NCBI GenBank assembly: GCA_048882325.1
Contig: JBHLRS010000003.1
Span: 1 to 64,000 of the forward strand
DNA from: Candidatus Thorarchaeota archaeon
GTDB lineage: Archaea; Asgardarchaeota; Thorarchaeia; Thorarchaeales; Thorarchaeaceae
Reading direction: 5' to 3'
Length of the DNA stretch: 64,000 nt
Made by a program: the position numbers and the translations under genes. The notes below the pieces were generated by a model. The model was given only the letters and a program-made list of their open reading frames with translations, was not told the DNA's origin and made no database searches. Positions within the stretch are counted from its first letter, which is position 1. Each line of letters begins with the position of its first letter. Shown here in pieces: positions 48,464 through 57,434 of the stretch.

Positions 48464-49484
48464 GTGTCACATCACTTTCTTCCATGATATGGACCATATT
48501 TTCCCTACCCTCTCTGAATCGTCTAATCAGCTTCCTCTCTTCCAGAGCTGTCAGTATTGTACTGGCAAGAGATTGCGACATGTCAAGTTCTTCATAGATC
48601 TCCCGTTGTGGACAAGATCCGCCTTTCTTTGTAAGAAAGTTGAGGACCTGTTCCTCTTGTTTCGAGAGTCTGACTGGTGTGATGATCTTTCTGGTTTGAA
48701 GTCTTTGTAGAATCAGAGGGATTCTCTCTACGACGACTGCAACAACTGCACCGATGATAAGGAATACTGCTCCGAAGAGTATTGCGTTGATTGGTGATGG
48801 TTGAGGTTCTACAATCGCTGCTGGTAGCTGATATTTGACAATATAGGCCACCTCCTGACCCGGGAGCAGTGAGGCTCTATACCAGACATAGATTGGTCGA
48901 AATCCATCGGTGAAGTTCAATGTTGGATTAGGAAACAAAGGAGCAGCTGCATCTGTTTGAAGGATAGCATGAGTTGGAAGGATTGCTGTAAATGTTAGGT
49001 TTTGGATTTGGTAGAGAGGTCTGATGTAGTATATCAGATGATTCACATACATAGTTTCATCATCATTAAGCCCTATTTGCTCTTGAAGACAATCTGTGCT
49101 GATATTGAGATTCATGTGGATTGTTGAATTCACAGGTATTGGAAATGATGATGTTATTCGAATGAGGTTGTAATTACTCTCGGGGATAATTCTGGTCGAA
49201 GCAGTTGATCCGTTTAGCCTAGCACTTGAAACATTAAGACTTCTGACATCTACTCTTAGATCAAAATAATCTAGTACCGCTGAACCAACATTAGTGACAT
49301 CCGAATCTATGTAAAGTGATGCTGCGCATTCGTTTTCCATTATCGCAGTCACAGTCATGTTTGACATAATAAGGTCCAGCGAGGCCGCTTGAGCACTAAC
49401 CTGTGTGATTCCTACAGACACCAATATTGGCATTAGGAACACAACAATAAGGAACGCGTGCTTTCTCTCGACCATTGAAACCAA
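48453..49484 (-). CDS. Membrane-tethered regulator: ectodomain, TM, cytoplasmic winged helix
   Basis: Signal peptide; TM; LSKQEEQVLNFL..KGGSCPQREIYEELDMSQS...LEERKLIRRFREGREN. Confidence 0.78.
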   Translation of the reverse strand: MVSMVERKHAFLIVVFLMPILVSVGITQVSAQAASLDLIMSNMTVTAIMENECAASLYIDSDVTNVGSAVLDYFDLRVDVRSLNVSSARLNGSTASTRIIPESNYNLIRITSSFPIPVNSTIHMNLNISTDCLQEQIGLNDDETMYVNHLIYYIRPLYQIQNLTFTAILPTHAILQTDAAAPLFPNPTLNFTDGFRPIYVWYRASLLPGQEVAYIVKYQLPAAIVEPQPSPINAILFGAVFLIIGAVVAVVVERIPLILQRLQTRKIITPVRLSKQEEQVLNFLTKKGGSCPQREIYEELDMSQSLASTILTALEERKLIRRFREGRENMVHIMEESDVTPTS

Positions 49485-49541
49485 TTCCTCGTTATAATTC
49501 AGTCTCTATGAATACTTCGGTTTCCAATATAGAGAAATGGT

Positions 49542-49561
49542 GGAGGGAGACTTCTCCCTCC
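49542..49561. terminator. GC-rich hairpin just after the 49566-50816 gene
   Basis: GGAGGGAG-ACTT-CTCCCTCC. Confidence 0.5.
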
Positions 49562-49565
49562 GGTG

Positions 49566-50816
49566 TTATGGGCGACGCTTTAGTGTCAGTCCAGCAGCTG
49601 CAAGAATGACGACTGAGGACCCAATTGCAACTACTACGACTGGGATATCTAGTGGCGTGTCCGGAACATATGGTGAGGCGCTTTCAATTAGGCGTACAGA
49701 AGGATCATGGGTTAGTGATCCACCATCGAAGTTTGGATATGACAGAAACAAGAGCAGGCCCTCTCCATCTGTCCAATATGAAGCATGAACATCAACCGCT
49801 TCTTTTGCACCCTCTAGATTATTCACAATAGCTTTGTCAACCCACCGATAGAATCCTTGTGTTTCGTCGGATGCATCATCGACAAAGGATATCTCTTGGA
49901 CATCATCATCAAGAACATCCTCGAACTCGACTCCGAGATCTTCCATCGCATCTTCAGACTCATGATCATCATCACCTGACTCTTCATGAAGTTTGAAATA
50001 GTGATTCACATCTTCATCTGATGCAACGTCTTCTCTAAGATAGTTCAGGATTGCTACCTTGGATGTTTCAGATATGAACGGAAAATTGCCAATCTCAATG
50101 TCTACTTTGAGTTCAGCACCTCCTGCAACAGTGTATTCTGCTTGGACACCTACATCGTCGGTCACAGTACCGTTGTAATCATTGGAGTAGATGTGCGCAT
50201 AGAATTGCAGGGTTAGTTCTGCGAAATGATCAAAGGTATGATTATCAGAACCGCCAGAGGCAAGAATCAGTGGAGAATCTTCCTCTTCCCATCCAGGCAT
50301 CCAGTCTTTGAACCAATCATCTTCCCAATCTTCACTAAGACCACCCTTAGTGTAGGATGCATAGACCTCCTCGGTGTTGCCATCTATATCAGTGATAGCA
50401 CCTGTCTTTAGTATCCACTCAAACGCGTCAAGCGGAGCAAAAGCCAAGGTTTCGGAAGGCTGGTAAACACCATCCTCATTGTTATCTTCGAACTCGACAA
50501 TCATCATAAAGTTGATCATGAATCTAGCAAGACTTCCGTTTTCATCAGGAGAGAACCAGTATTGATAGGATGGCAATTCGGGATCCAGCAATACTGTGAC
50601 TATGTCAGTTTCAATCCATCCCGCGCCATTAGCGTCTCTATGTTCGTCTATCTCATGGGAGTCATCATCTGCATCATGAGGAGACTCGGTCTCAGTCTCT
50701 GTAGGCGTGCTATCATCATTAGCTGGTGTAGATGCATTCACTGTTGTAATCGATGAAAGAATCAAGAAAAACATTGCAAAGAGCAGAGCTTTTCCAAACA
50801 AAGCTTTCTTCTTCAA
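49566..50816 (-). CDS. Acidic secreted protein with C-terminal membrane anchor
   Basis: Signal peptide, IVEFEDNNEDGVY, LKVDIEI, THDP, C-terminal TM plus KRR. Confidence 0.72.
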   Translation of the reverse strand: MKKKALFGKALLFAMFFLILSSITTVNASTPANDDSTPTETETESPHDADDDSHEIDEHRDANGAGWIETDIVTVLLDPELPSYQYWFSPDENGSLARFMINFMMIVEFEDNNEDGVYQPSETLAFAPLDAFEWILKTGAITDIDGNTEEVYASYTKGGLSEDWEDDWFKDWMPGWEEEDSPLILASGGSDNHTFDHFAELTLQFYAHIYSNDYNGTVTDDVGVQAEYTVAGGAELKVDIEIGNFPFISETSKVAILNYLREDVASDEDVNHYFKLHEESGDDDHESEDAMEDLGVEFEDVLDDDVQEISFVDDASDETQGFYRWVDKAIVNNLEGAKEAVDVHASYWTDGEGLLLFLSYPNFDGGSLTHDPSVRLIESASPYVPDTPLDIPVVVVAIGSSVVILAAAGLTLKRRP

Positions 50817-51215
50817 CTAATAGTTCACCAAATTATCATATTCTATTTCTATTTATAATCACCATTGAGCAACCTGCAGACCTCTGGATTGAATAAGCAG
50901 TCATAACGCTGTTTTTGGATGATTAGGCTTTATGACACTTCAAAACACTTCACTACAATTATTGACACTCATTCAAAGTCGGAGGAAACCAAGAAGATAG
51001 GAAGATTAACTTGAGTGAGCTTTTGGAGGCCTTTGAAAATTAACAATCTCGATCTTACTTAGGTCCTCGACCAGGTGTCCCTCCCCGCGGTACTTGATTC
51101 GTGTGAGGTAAGCTCGAGTATAGAGCCTAGTTGCCTTCATAATAGTCGGACGTTATCTGCGTAATATTAAGTGCATGGGTTAGAAATTGTTAACTCTCAA
51201 GCTTTGGCGCCAATC

Positions 51216-51749
51216 CTATGAATCCCGAAAAAGTTCCAGATAGTCTGTGTCTACAAATTGCCCATCAATATAGTACTTTTCGTGAGCTGTGCCATAATGT
51301 TTGAACCCAATTTTCTCATAGACATGTAAAGCTCGAGGATTATGGGAATGCACAGCTAGCTCAAGTCGTCTCAAATTTAGGTGAGTCCAAGCGAAATCAA
51401 TTAACAATCTCATTGCTTCGCTCCCATACCCCTTGTTCCAATTCTTTTCCTCATAAACTGCAATTGCGAGTTCCCCTGATCTTGAAAGCCAATCAATCTC
51501 ATACACGACTAAAGACCCAATCATTATTGCCTCAGGAATTTTCTCGATAGCAAGATGGAATCCTTGTCTTTTCTTGATCAATTCACTTACAGAACCGATC
51601 CACTCCTTTTGCATACTTCTAGTGGTTGGCATGAAGCTTCCTAGCAGAACTCTCATCTCGACATTATTGACATGCTCCATCATGTAATCGAGATGGCGCT
51701 CCTCAATTGGTACTAACTGAACTTCGGAACCTACAAGCATATTATACAC
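51216..51749 (-). CDS. GNAT family N-acetyltransferase (RimJ/RimL-like)
   Basis: WNKGYGSEAM, NLRRLEL, NPRALHVYEKIGF. Confidence 0.9.
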   Translation of the reverse strand: MYNMLVGSEVQLVPIEERHLDYMMEHVNNVEMRVLLGSFMPTTRSMQKEWIGSVSELIKKRQGFHLAIEKIPEAIMIGSLVVYEIDWLSRSGELAIAVYEEKNWNKGYGSEAMRLLIDFAWTHLNLRRLELAVHSHNPRALHVYEKIGFKHYGTAHEKYYIDGQFVDTDYLELFRDS

Positions 51750-52004
51750 CTCTCTGTAAACTTGGGCTTAGTATGTTTCAATAAGAGTTGGCTAGATTAG
51801 GAACTTTCGATAAGCTCGTTTATCTTTTGATTATCCTAACCACGGAATCGGACCAAACTCATGGTCCAAATATGTTAACGGTTCATTTGATTTACAGTGT
51901 TAATTTCTCTGAATTAGCTATGAGTCATTATTGACGTTTAGAAGGCAAACATTTTATCCCCCAATTTGATTTGCCATTGATATCTCCATCGGAGTGACAG
52001 AACA

Positions 52005-55000
52005 ATGGCAGAGTCCATATCGAAGCCGGCTGTCGTAATCGGTGCCGGTATCTCAGGAATGCGTGCCGCGCTTGACCTCGCTGAAATGGGAGTCAAGGTG
52101 TTCCTAGTTGAAAAACAGCCATCGATTGGGGGTCACATGTCGCAGTTGGACAAGACTTTCCCTACTCTTGACTGTAGTATGTGTATTCAAGGGCCTTGGA
52201 TGGTCGATTGTTCACGGCACCCGAACATTGAGATTCTTGCATATTCAGAAGTTACTGAAGTAACTGGTAAGCAGGGCGATTTTACAGTCAAAGTCCTGAA
52301 ACACACCCGCAGAGTAGATTCTGAGAAATGCACAGGATGTGGAGATTGCCAAAGAGTCTGTCCTATTGAGGTGCCAAATGAGTATGACCTTGGTCTCAAG
52401 ATGAGAAAGGCTGCATACATTCCTTTTCCACAAGCAGTTCCAAACATTGCCACAATTGACAAAGAGAACTGCATCGAGTGTATGGTCTGTGAAAAAACAT
52501 GCAAAGCTGAAGCTATAGTCTTCGATATCGCTGACGAAACTATGATAATAAATGCAGGGTCAATTATTGTAGCCACCGGATACGATCTCCTAGACCCCTC
52601 CACTGTTCCAGAGTATGGCTATGGTCGTTTTCCTAATGTTGTCAGTGCTTTGGAGTATGAGCGAATGGTTTCAGCCAGTGGTCCAACTGAAGGGGTTGTC
52701 ATGCGACCCTCTGATGGTCGCGAGCCCCACCGAATAGCATTCATACAATGTGTGGGCTCAAGAGACGTCAACCATTGCTCCTACTGTTCAAAGATATGTT
52801 GTACATACGCTACTAAGGAAGCAATTATCACAAAGGAACATACTCCTGAAGTACACATTGACATTCTCTATAATGACCTGCGGGTTTTTGGTAAGGGCTT
52901 TGAAGAGTTCTTGGTCAGAGGCGAAACTGAATATGCGATTAACTACATGAAAGGAATTCCAAGTGAGATTCAGGAGGAATATGGCACAAAGGATCTCATT
53001 GTCCGTCATAGTGATGCAAAGGGTCACAGTGTCCTCGTTGACAAGTATGACCTCGTGGTTCTCTGTCCTGCGATGGTTCCTTCTTCAGACACAAAGCTGT
53101 TTGAACAGCTTGGTATCCAAACAGATGAGTCTGGATTTGTTCAACCAGATATGAAGTCTCTAATGATTTCTGAAACGGGTGTGCCAGGGATTCATATGTG
53201 TGGGTCCGTTCAAATGCCTAAAGATATCCCCGACTCTGTCGCTCAAGGTAGCGCTGCAGCAGCTCTAGCTGCATTGGACATATCTATTCCTCAAGGTGAA
53301 GAAACAGAGGCCCTCACAGAAGAAGATCTCGAACTCATTGCCGCTGAACCACGTATTGGTGTAGTCATCTGTTCATGTGGAATCAATATTGCAGGGACGG
53401 TTGATGTTGCAGAAGTCACCCAGTATGCTAGCACATTACCAAATGTAGTCTACTCGGAGAACCTACTCTATTCTTGTTCATCAGATGCTCAAGACGTAAT
53501 TAAAGATGCAATACATGAACACAAACTAAATCGTTTGGTCGTAGCCTCGTGCACACCAAGAACCCACGAACCACTGTTCAGAGCTACTATTGAAGAAGCT
53601 GGACTGAATAAGTATCTATTTGAACTTGCTAACATTCGGGAACATTGTTCCTGGGTTCATCAATCTGACAAAGACGAAGCAACCGCAAAAGCTATGGATC
53701 TGGTACGGATGTCGGTTGCTAGAGCAAAGCTTCTAGAGGCTCAGGAGGAGGCAGTAACACAAATCGAACCCACGGTTCTTGTCATTGGAGCTGGAGTTGC
53801 TGGCATGGCTGCCGCTGAGGTGATAGCTAAGAAGGGCTTCAATGTCTATCTTGTTGAGAAGCAAGACAGAGTCGGAGGTTTTCTAAATGAACTAGCAACA
53901 GTCAACTTCGATAATAGACCTGCTTCGGAGATTGTTGCTGACTATGAAGATAGGATCACAGGTAGGGACAACGTCACGGTCATGTTGAATTCAGAGGTTG
54001 TTGAAGCGAAGGGATCAATTGGAGAGTTCGAGGTTGTTGTCAAGACTGGTGGAAAGAAAGAAACACTTACCGTTGGTATTGTAATTGTTGCCACTGGTGC
54101 TGTTGCGTTGGAGGAGAAGGGTCTCTATGGTCTCCAGAAGCTCCCTGAGGTCTTGACTGAGGTTGAGTTCAATCAACGAGTTGAGAGTGGAGAAGGTATT
54201 GAAGACGGTGAGACCTTTGCTATGATTCATTGCGCTGGTTCTCGTGAGGATGCATCGCTTGAGGGATCTCGCACTTGGTGTTCCAGTATTTGCTGTACGG
54301 TCGCTATTGAACACACGCTTGAGCTGCTAGAGAAGTATCCTAATTCGAGGGTGTTTCACTTCTACCGAGACCTTCGAGTTTTCTACGATGCTGAAGACAA
54401 GTATCGAGAGGCACGAAAGAAGGGGGTTGTGTTTGTCAGATTCGATGCTGATTCACCGCCTAAAGTCAAGAAAGGCTCTGAGAAATCTCTGAGTGTCACT
54501 GTCATGGATCAGGTACTCGGAGCTGAACTTACAATTGATGTTGATCATGCAGTGCTTGCCACTGCTATGGTACCTCGACCAAACAAGGAACTCTCTGAGT
54601 TGTTCAAAGTCCCCTTGAACCTGTCAGGATTCTTCATGGAGGCACATCCAAAACTCAGACCCGTTGACTTTCAGACTGATGGTGTATTTGTCGCTGGTAC
54701 TGCCACAGCTCCCAAGAACATTGCAGAGTCTATTGCTGAGGGTCAGGCTGCAGCCTCAAGAGCACTCATTCCACTCATCAGAGGAATCAGGAAGGCTGAA
54801 GCCATCGTTTCGGTCGTTGACCCAGAAATCTGTGTTGGCTGCGGAACCTGTGAGATCAACTGTGCCTACAACGCTATCGAAGTTGTTCCAGGTGATGGTA
54901 GTCATGACTATGCAGTGACCAACCCTGTTCTCTGTCAGGGTTGCGGAAAATGTGGCGCAGGGTGTCCTGCTGGTGCTATCACCATGAAGCACTTCACGGA

Positions 55001-55460
55001 TGACCAAATCATAACCCAGATTCGTACAGCCTTGGAGGACATGCCTGCCAACGACTCAAGGATTCTGACAGTCCTCTGTAATTGGTGTTCATATGCTGGG
55101 GCTGACAGTGCAGGCGTTTCACGTTTCCAACAACCGCCAAATGTGAGGGACATAAGGGTGATGTGTACAGGAAGAGTGAGTGTTCAGCATATTCTGGAGG
55201 CATTCAGGCTTGGTGCTGACATGGTATGGATTTCCGGGTGCCACATTGGGGATTGCCATTATGTTGACGGTAACATCTCATTCGAAAGACGATTTGCCAT
55301 TGCAAAGAAAATCATTGAGAAAGCCGGGCTTGAACCTGACCGACTCCAGTTCACTCACATCAGTGCAAGTGAGGGGTCGATATGGGCAGACACTGTTAGA
55401 AAGTTTGCTGACCTTGCCGACAAGCTCGGACCTAGTCCATTGAAATCTGGGAGGCGATAA
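52005..55460 (+). CDS. hdrA: Heterodisulfide reductase subunit A, double FAD module, fused to C-terminal MvhD
   Basis: LDKTFPTLDC, two GAGxxG FAD motifs, NIREHCSWVH, EAHPKLRP, ferredoxin motifs; MvhD motifs CNWCSYAGAD, VMCTGR, GCHIGDCHY. Confidence 0.93.
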   Translation: MAESISKPAVVIGAGISGMRAALDLAEMGVKVFLVEKQPSIGGHMSQLDKTFPTLDCSMCIQGPWMVDCSRHPNIEILAYSEVTEVTGKQGDFTVKVLKHTRRVDSEKCTGCGDCQRVCPIEVPNEYDLGLKMRKAAYIPFPQAVPNIATIDKENCIECMVCEKTCKAEAIVFDIADETMIINAGSIIVATGYDLLDPSTVPEYGYGRFPNVVSALEYERMVSASGPTEGVVMRPSDGREPHRIAFIQCVGSRDVNHCSYCSKICCTYATKEAIITKEHTPEVHIDILYNDLRVFGKGFEEFLVRGETEYAINYMKGIPSEIQEEYGTKDLIVRHSDAKGHSVLVDKYDLVVLCPAMVPSSDTKLFEQLGIQTDESGFVQPDMKSLMISETGVPGIHMCGSVQMPKDIPDSVAQGSAAAALAALDISIPQGEETEALTEEDLELIAAEPRIGVVICSCGINIAGTVDVAEVTQYASTLPNVVYSENLLYSCSSDAQDVIKDAIHEHKLNRLVVASCTPRTHEPLFRATIEEAGLNKYLFELANIREHCSWVHQSDKDEATAKAMDLVRMSVARAKLLEAQEEAVTQIEPTVLVIGAGVAGMAAAEVIAKKGFNVYLVEKQDRVGGFLNELATVNFDNRPASEIVADYEDRITGRDNVTVMLNSEVVEAKGSIGEFEVVVKTGGKKETLTVGIVIVATGAVALEEKGLYGLQKLPEVLTEVEFNQRVESGEGIEDGETFAMIHCAGSREDASLEGSRTWCSSICCTVAIEHTLELLEKYPNSRVFHFYRDLRVFYDAEDKYREARKKGVVFVRFDADSPPKVKKGSEKSLSVTVMDQVLGAELTIDVDHAVLATAMVPRPNKELSELFKVPLNLSGFFMEAHPKLRPVDFQTDGVFVAGTATAPKNIAESIAEGQAAASRALIPLIRGIRKAEAIVSVVDPEICVGCGTCEINCAYNAIEVVPGDGSHDYAVTNPVLCQGCGKCGAGCPAGAITMKHFTDDQIITQIRTALEDMPANDSRILTVLCNWCSYAGADSAGVSRFQQPPNVRDIRVMCTGRVSVQHILEAFRLGADMVWISGCHIGDCHYVDGNISFERRFAIAKKIIEKAGLEPDRLQFTHISASEGSIWADTVRKFADLADKLGPSPLKSGRR

Positions 55461-55461
55461 G

Positions 55462-55980
55462 ATGACAGAGTCCTGGGGTCAATTCAAATCATTCGAGGGA
55501 AAGAAGTTCAAAGGACTGGATGCTGAGTTCACAAATGAAGTATCCAAATTGATTGGAGGCCAAGACCTAAGTGCCTGTTTCCAGTGCGCTAAATGCAGTG
55601 CAGGGTGTCCTGTTTCAGATAAGGTAAATATCCAGATTCATGAGGTCATGCGTATGCTCCTCTTTGGTTTCAGAGAGGTGCTTGATACCGACATGGTCTG
55701 GTTGTGCACAACCTGTTACACATGTCAGGAGCGCTGCCCTCAGGGGATTGACATAACTGATATCCTGTTTGGTCTGAAGAACATGGCTTTCAAGAAGAAG
55801 ATAACACCTGCGGGATATCTAGGTGCCCGACAGTCACTCTACGACACAGGACGACTCTACGAACCCACAGAATGGGAGCGTGATGACCTTGAGCTCGACC
55901 CAGTCCCTGAACTGAATGTTGCGGACACAAGGAAAGTGCTAGACAAAATGAATCTCATGAAGCTAGAGGAGGACGAGTAA
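55462..55980 (+). CDS. hdrC: Heterodisulfide reductase subunit C
   Basis: CFQCAKCSAGCP, WLCTTCYTCQERCPQ. Confidence 0.9.
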   Translation: MTESWGQFKSFEGKKFKGLDAEFTNEVSKLIGGQDLSACFQCAKCSAGCPVSDKVNIQIHEVMRMLLFGFREVLDTDMVWLCTTCYTCQERCPQGIDITDILFGLKNMAFKKKITPAGYLGARQSLYDTGRLYEPTEWERDDLELDPVPELNVADTRKVLDKMNLMKLEEDE

Positions 55981-55981
55981 G

Positions 55982-56857
55982 ATGACCCAGAGCTACGAAG
56001 TCTTTCTCGGTTGTGCAATCCCATCGAGATTCAACAATTATGAGTCATCAATGCGTGCTGTCGCGGAAGAGCTAGGCATTAAGCTGATAGACTTTGATGG
56101 AGCATCCTGTTGCGGTACAGTTGTACTCAAGTCGATTGATGAGAAAAGCTGGCTGTCAATGTCAGGTAGGAACATTGCACTCGCTGAAAAACGAGGACAT
56201 GACATAATTACGCCTTGCAATGGTTGCTTTGGATCTCTCAAGGATACCGACCATGTGCTTCATGATGACGAGGCCTACAGAAAGAAGGTCAATGCAGCTC
56301 TCAAGCCACTGGGTCTGGAGTATACAGGAAAGGTAAAGATTCGACACTTTGTCGAGGTTCTCTACGACTTAAAGGAGGAGATTGAGAAGAAGATTGTCAA
56401 ACGGCTAGATGGCCTCAAGGTTGCATTTCATCCAGGTTGCCACCTTATCCGACCCTCCAATGTCGCAGGATTTGATGATCCTGAGCTCCCAAGAAAGGTA
56501 GACGAGCTGATTGAGCTGACTGGAGCCAAGAGTGTGCATTGGGACATGAAACTTCGTTGTTGTGGCTCTCCCCTACTTATCGCAAGTGAGGAAGTGGCAA
56601 CAAGGATACTCCGAGAGAAGATGGTTTCTGCAAATGGTGCGGGTGCAAACTGCGTTGTCACAAACTGCCCTGCATGTCACACTCAATTCGATATCCAGCA
56701 GTTAGGTCTTCAGGATGATGACGGAAACTCGCTTGAGCTGCCTGCACTGTTCGTAACTCAAGTCCTGGGTGTTGCAATGGGAATTGGTCCTGAAATATTG
56801 GGATTTGAGCTAAACAGGGTATCACTAGACCCAATCAATGAAATACTTGGAATCTAG
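55982..56857 (+). CDS. hdrB: Heterodisulfide reductase subunit B (divergent CCG motifs)
   Basis: FLGC, SCCG, PCNGC, HPGCH, CCGSP, NCPAC. Confidence 0.9.
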   Translation: MTQSYEVFLGCAIPSRFNNYESSMRAVAEELGIKLIDFDGASCCGTVVLKSIDEKSWLSMSGRNIALAEKRGHDIITPCNGCFGSLKDTDHVLHDDEAYRKKVNAALKPLGLEYTGKVKIRHFVEVLYDLKEEIEKKIVKRLDGLKVAFHPGCHLIRPSNVAGFDDPELPRKVDELIELTGAKSVHWDMKLRCCGSPLLIASEEVATRILREKMVSANGAGANCVVTNCPACHTQFDIQQLGLQDDDGNSLELPALFVTQVLGVAMGIGPEILGFELNRVSLDPINEILGI

Positions 56858-56858
56858 G

Positions 56859-57431
56859 TCACTTCATCTTGCTGTCACCATAGAACAGCTGTCCTAGTTT
56901 CTTCATGGCATCTCGGACACATTCTCGCTTGCCGCTGACCTGAAGGTGTCGTTCTCCATCAAGGGAAATGTTTACCATGCAGTGTTCCGCAATTTCAGAT
57001 ATTATCTCCACAGGGATATCTTCAGGCAATTTAATCCGGAAGAACCCAACTTGTTTATCTCTAGGAATGTCTGAGATGTGCACCTCTGGTTCTGGCTTAT
57101 ACTCATCGCTCTCTCCTTTGAGGGCCTTGTCAAATCGGGTTTCCCACGAGTTCCTGTACTCGACGCCTTCTTTCTCCTCAGCCCAAGTCATGAGAGCATC
57201 TCGAAGTCTTTGGATTTGGACCTCCATCTCCATTTGAAGTCGATCATCTTCCTCACATTGTGACTGTGATCTAATCTCACTCTCAAAGGAGCGCAGATAC
57301 TCCAGACTCATCTTGGAGTTTCGGAGGTCTGCATAGGTCAGGTCGGGGATGAATACATCTAACTCTTTCAAAGCCCCAAGCAGGTCATTTAGGACCCTCC
57401 AGCCTGCTAGAAGTCCATCCAGTGAAACCAC
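56859..57431 (-). CDS. DUF2096 family protein
   Basis: WRVLNDLL...IP...DLRNSK, IPRD...FFRIKLP; directly downstream of hdrA. Confidence 0.7.
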   Translation of the reverse strand: MVSLDGLLAGWRVLNDLLGALKELDVFIPDLTYADLRNSKMSLEYLRSFESEIRSQSQCEEDDRLQMEMEVQIQRLRDALMTWAEEKEGVEYRNSWETRFDKALKGESDEYKPEPEVHISDIPRDKQVGFFRIKLPEDIPVEIISEIAEHCMVNISLDGERHLQVSGKRECVRDAMKKLGQLFYGDSKMK

Positions 57432-57434
57432 TGT

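Noticed and set aside
51006-51140. 44-aa minus-strand ORF MKATRLYTRAYLTRIKYRGEGHLVEDL... in a 400-bp gap
   Set aside because: No recognisable motif or clear SD; cannot be distinguished from chance without homology data
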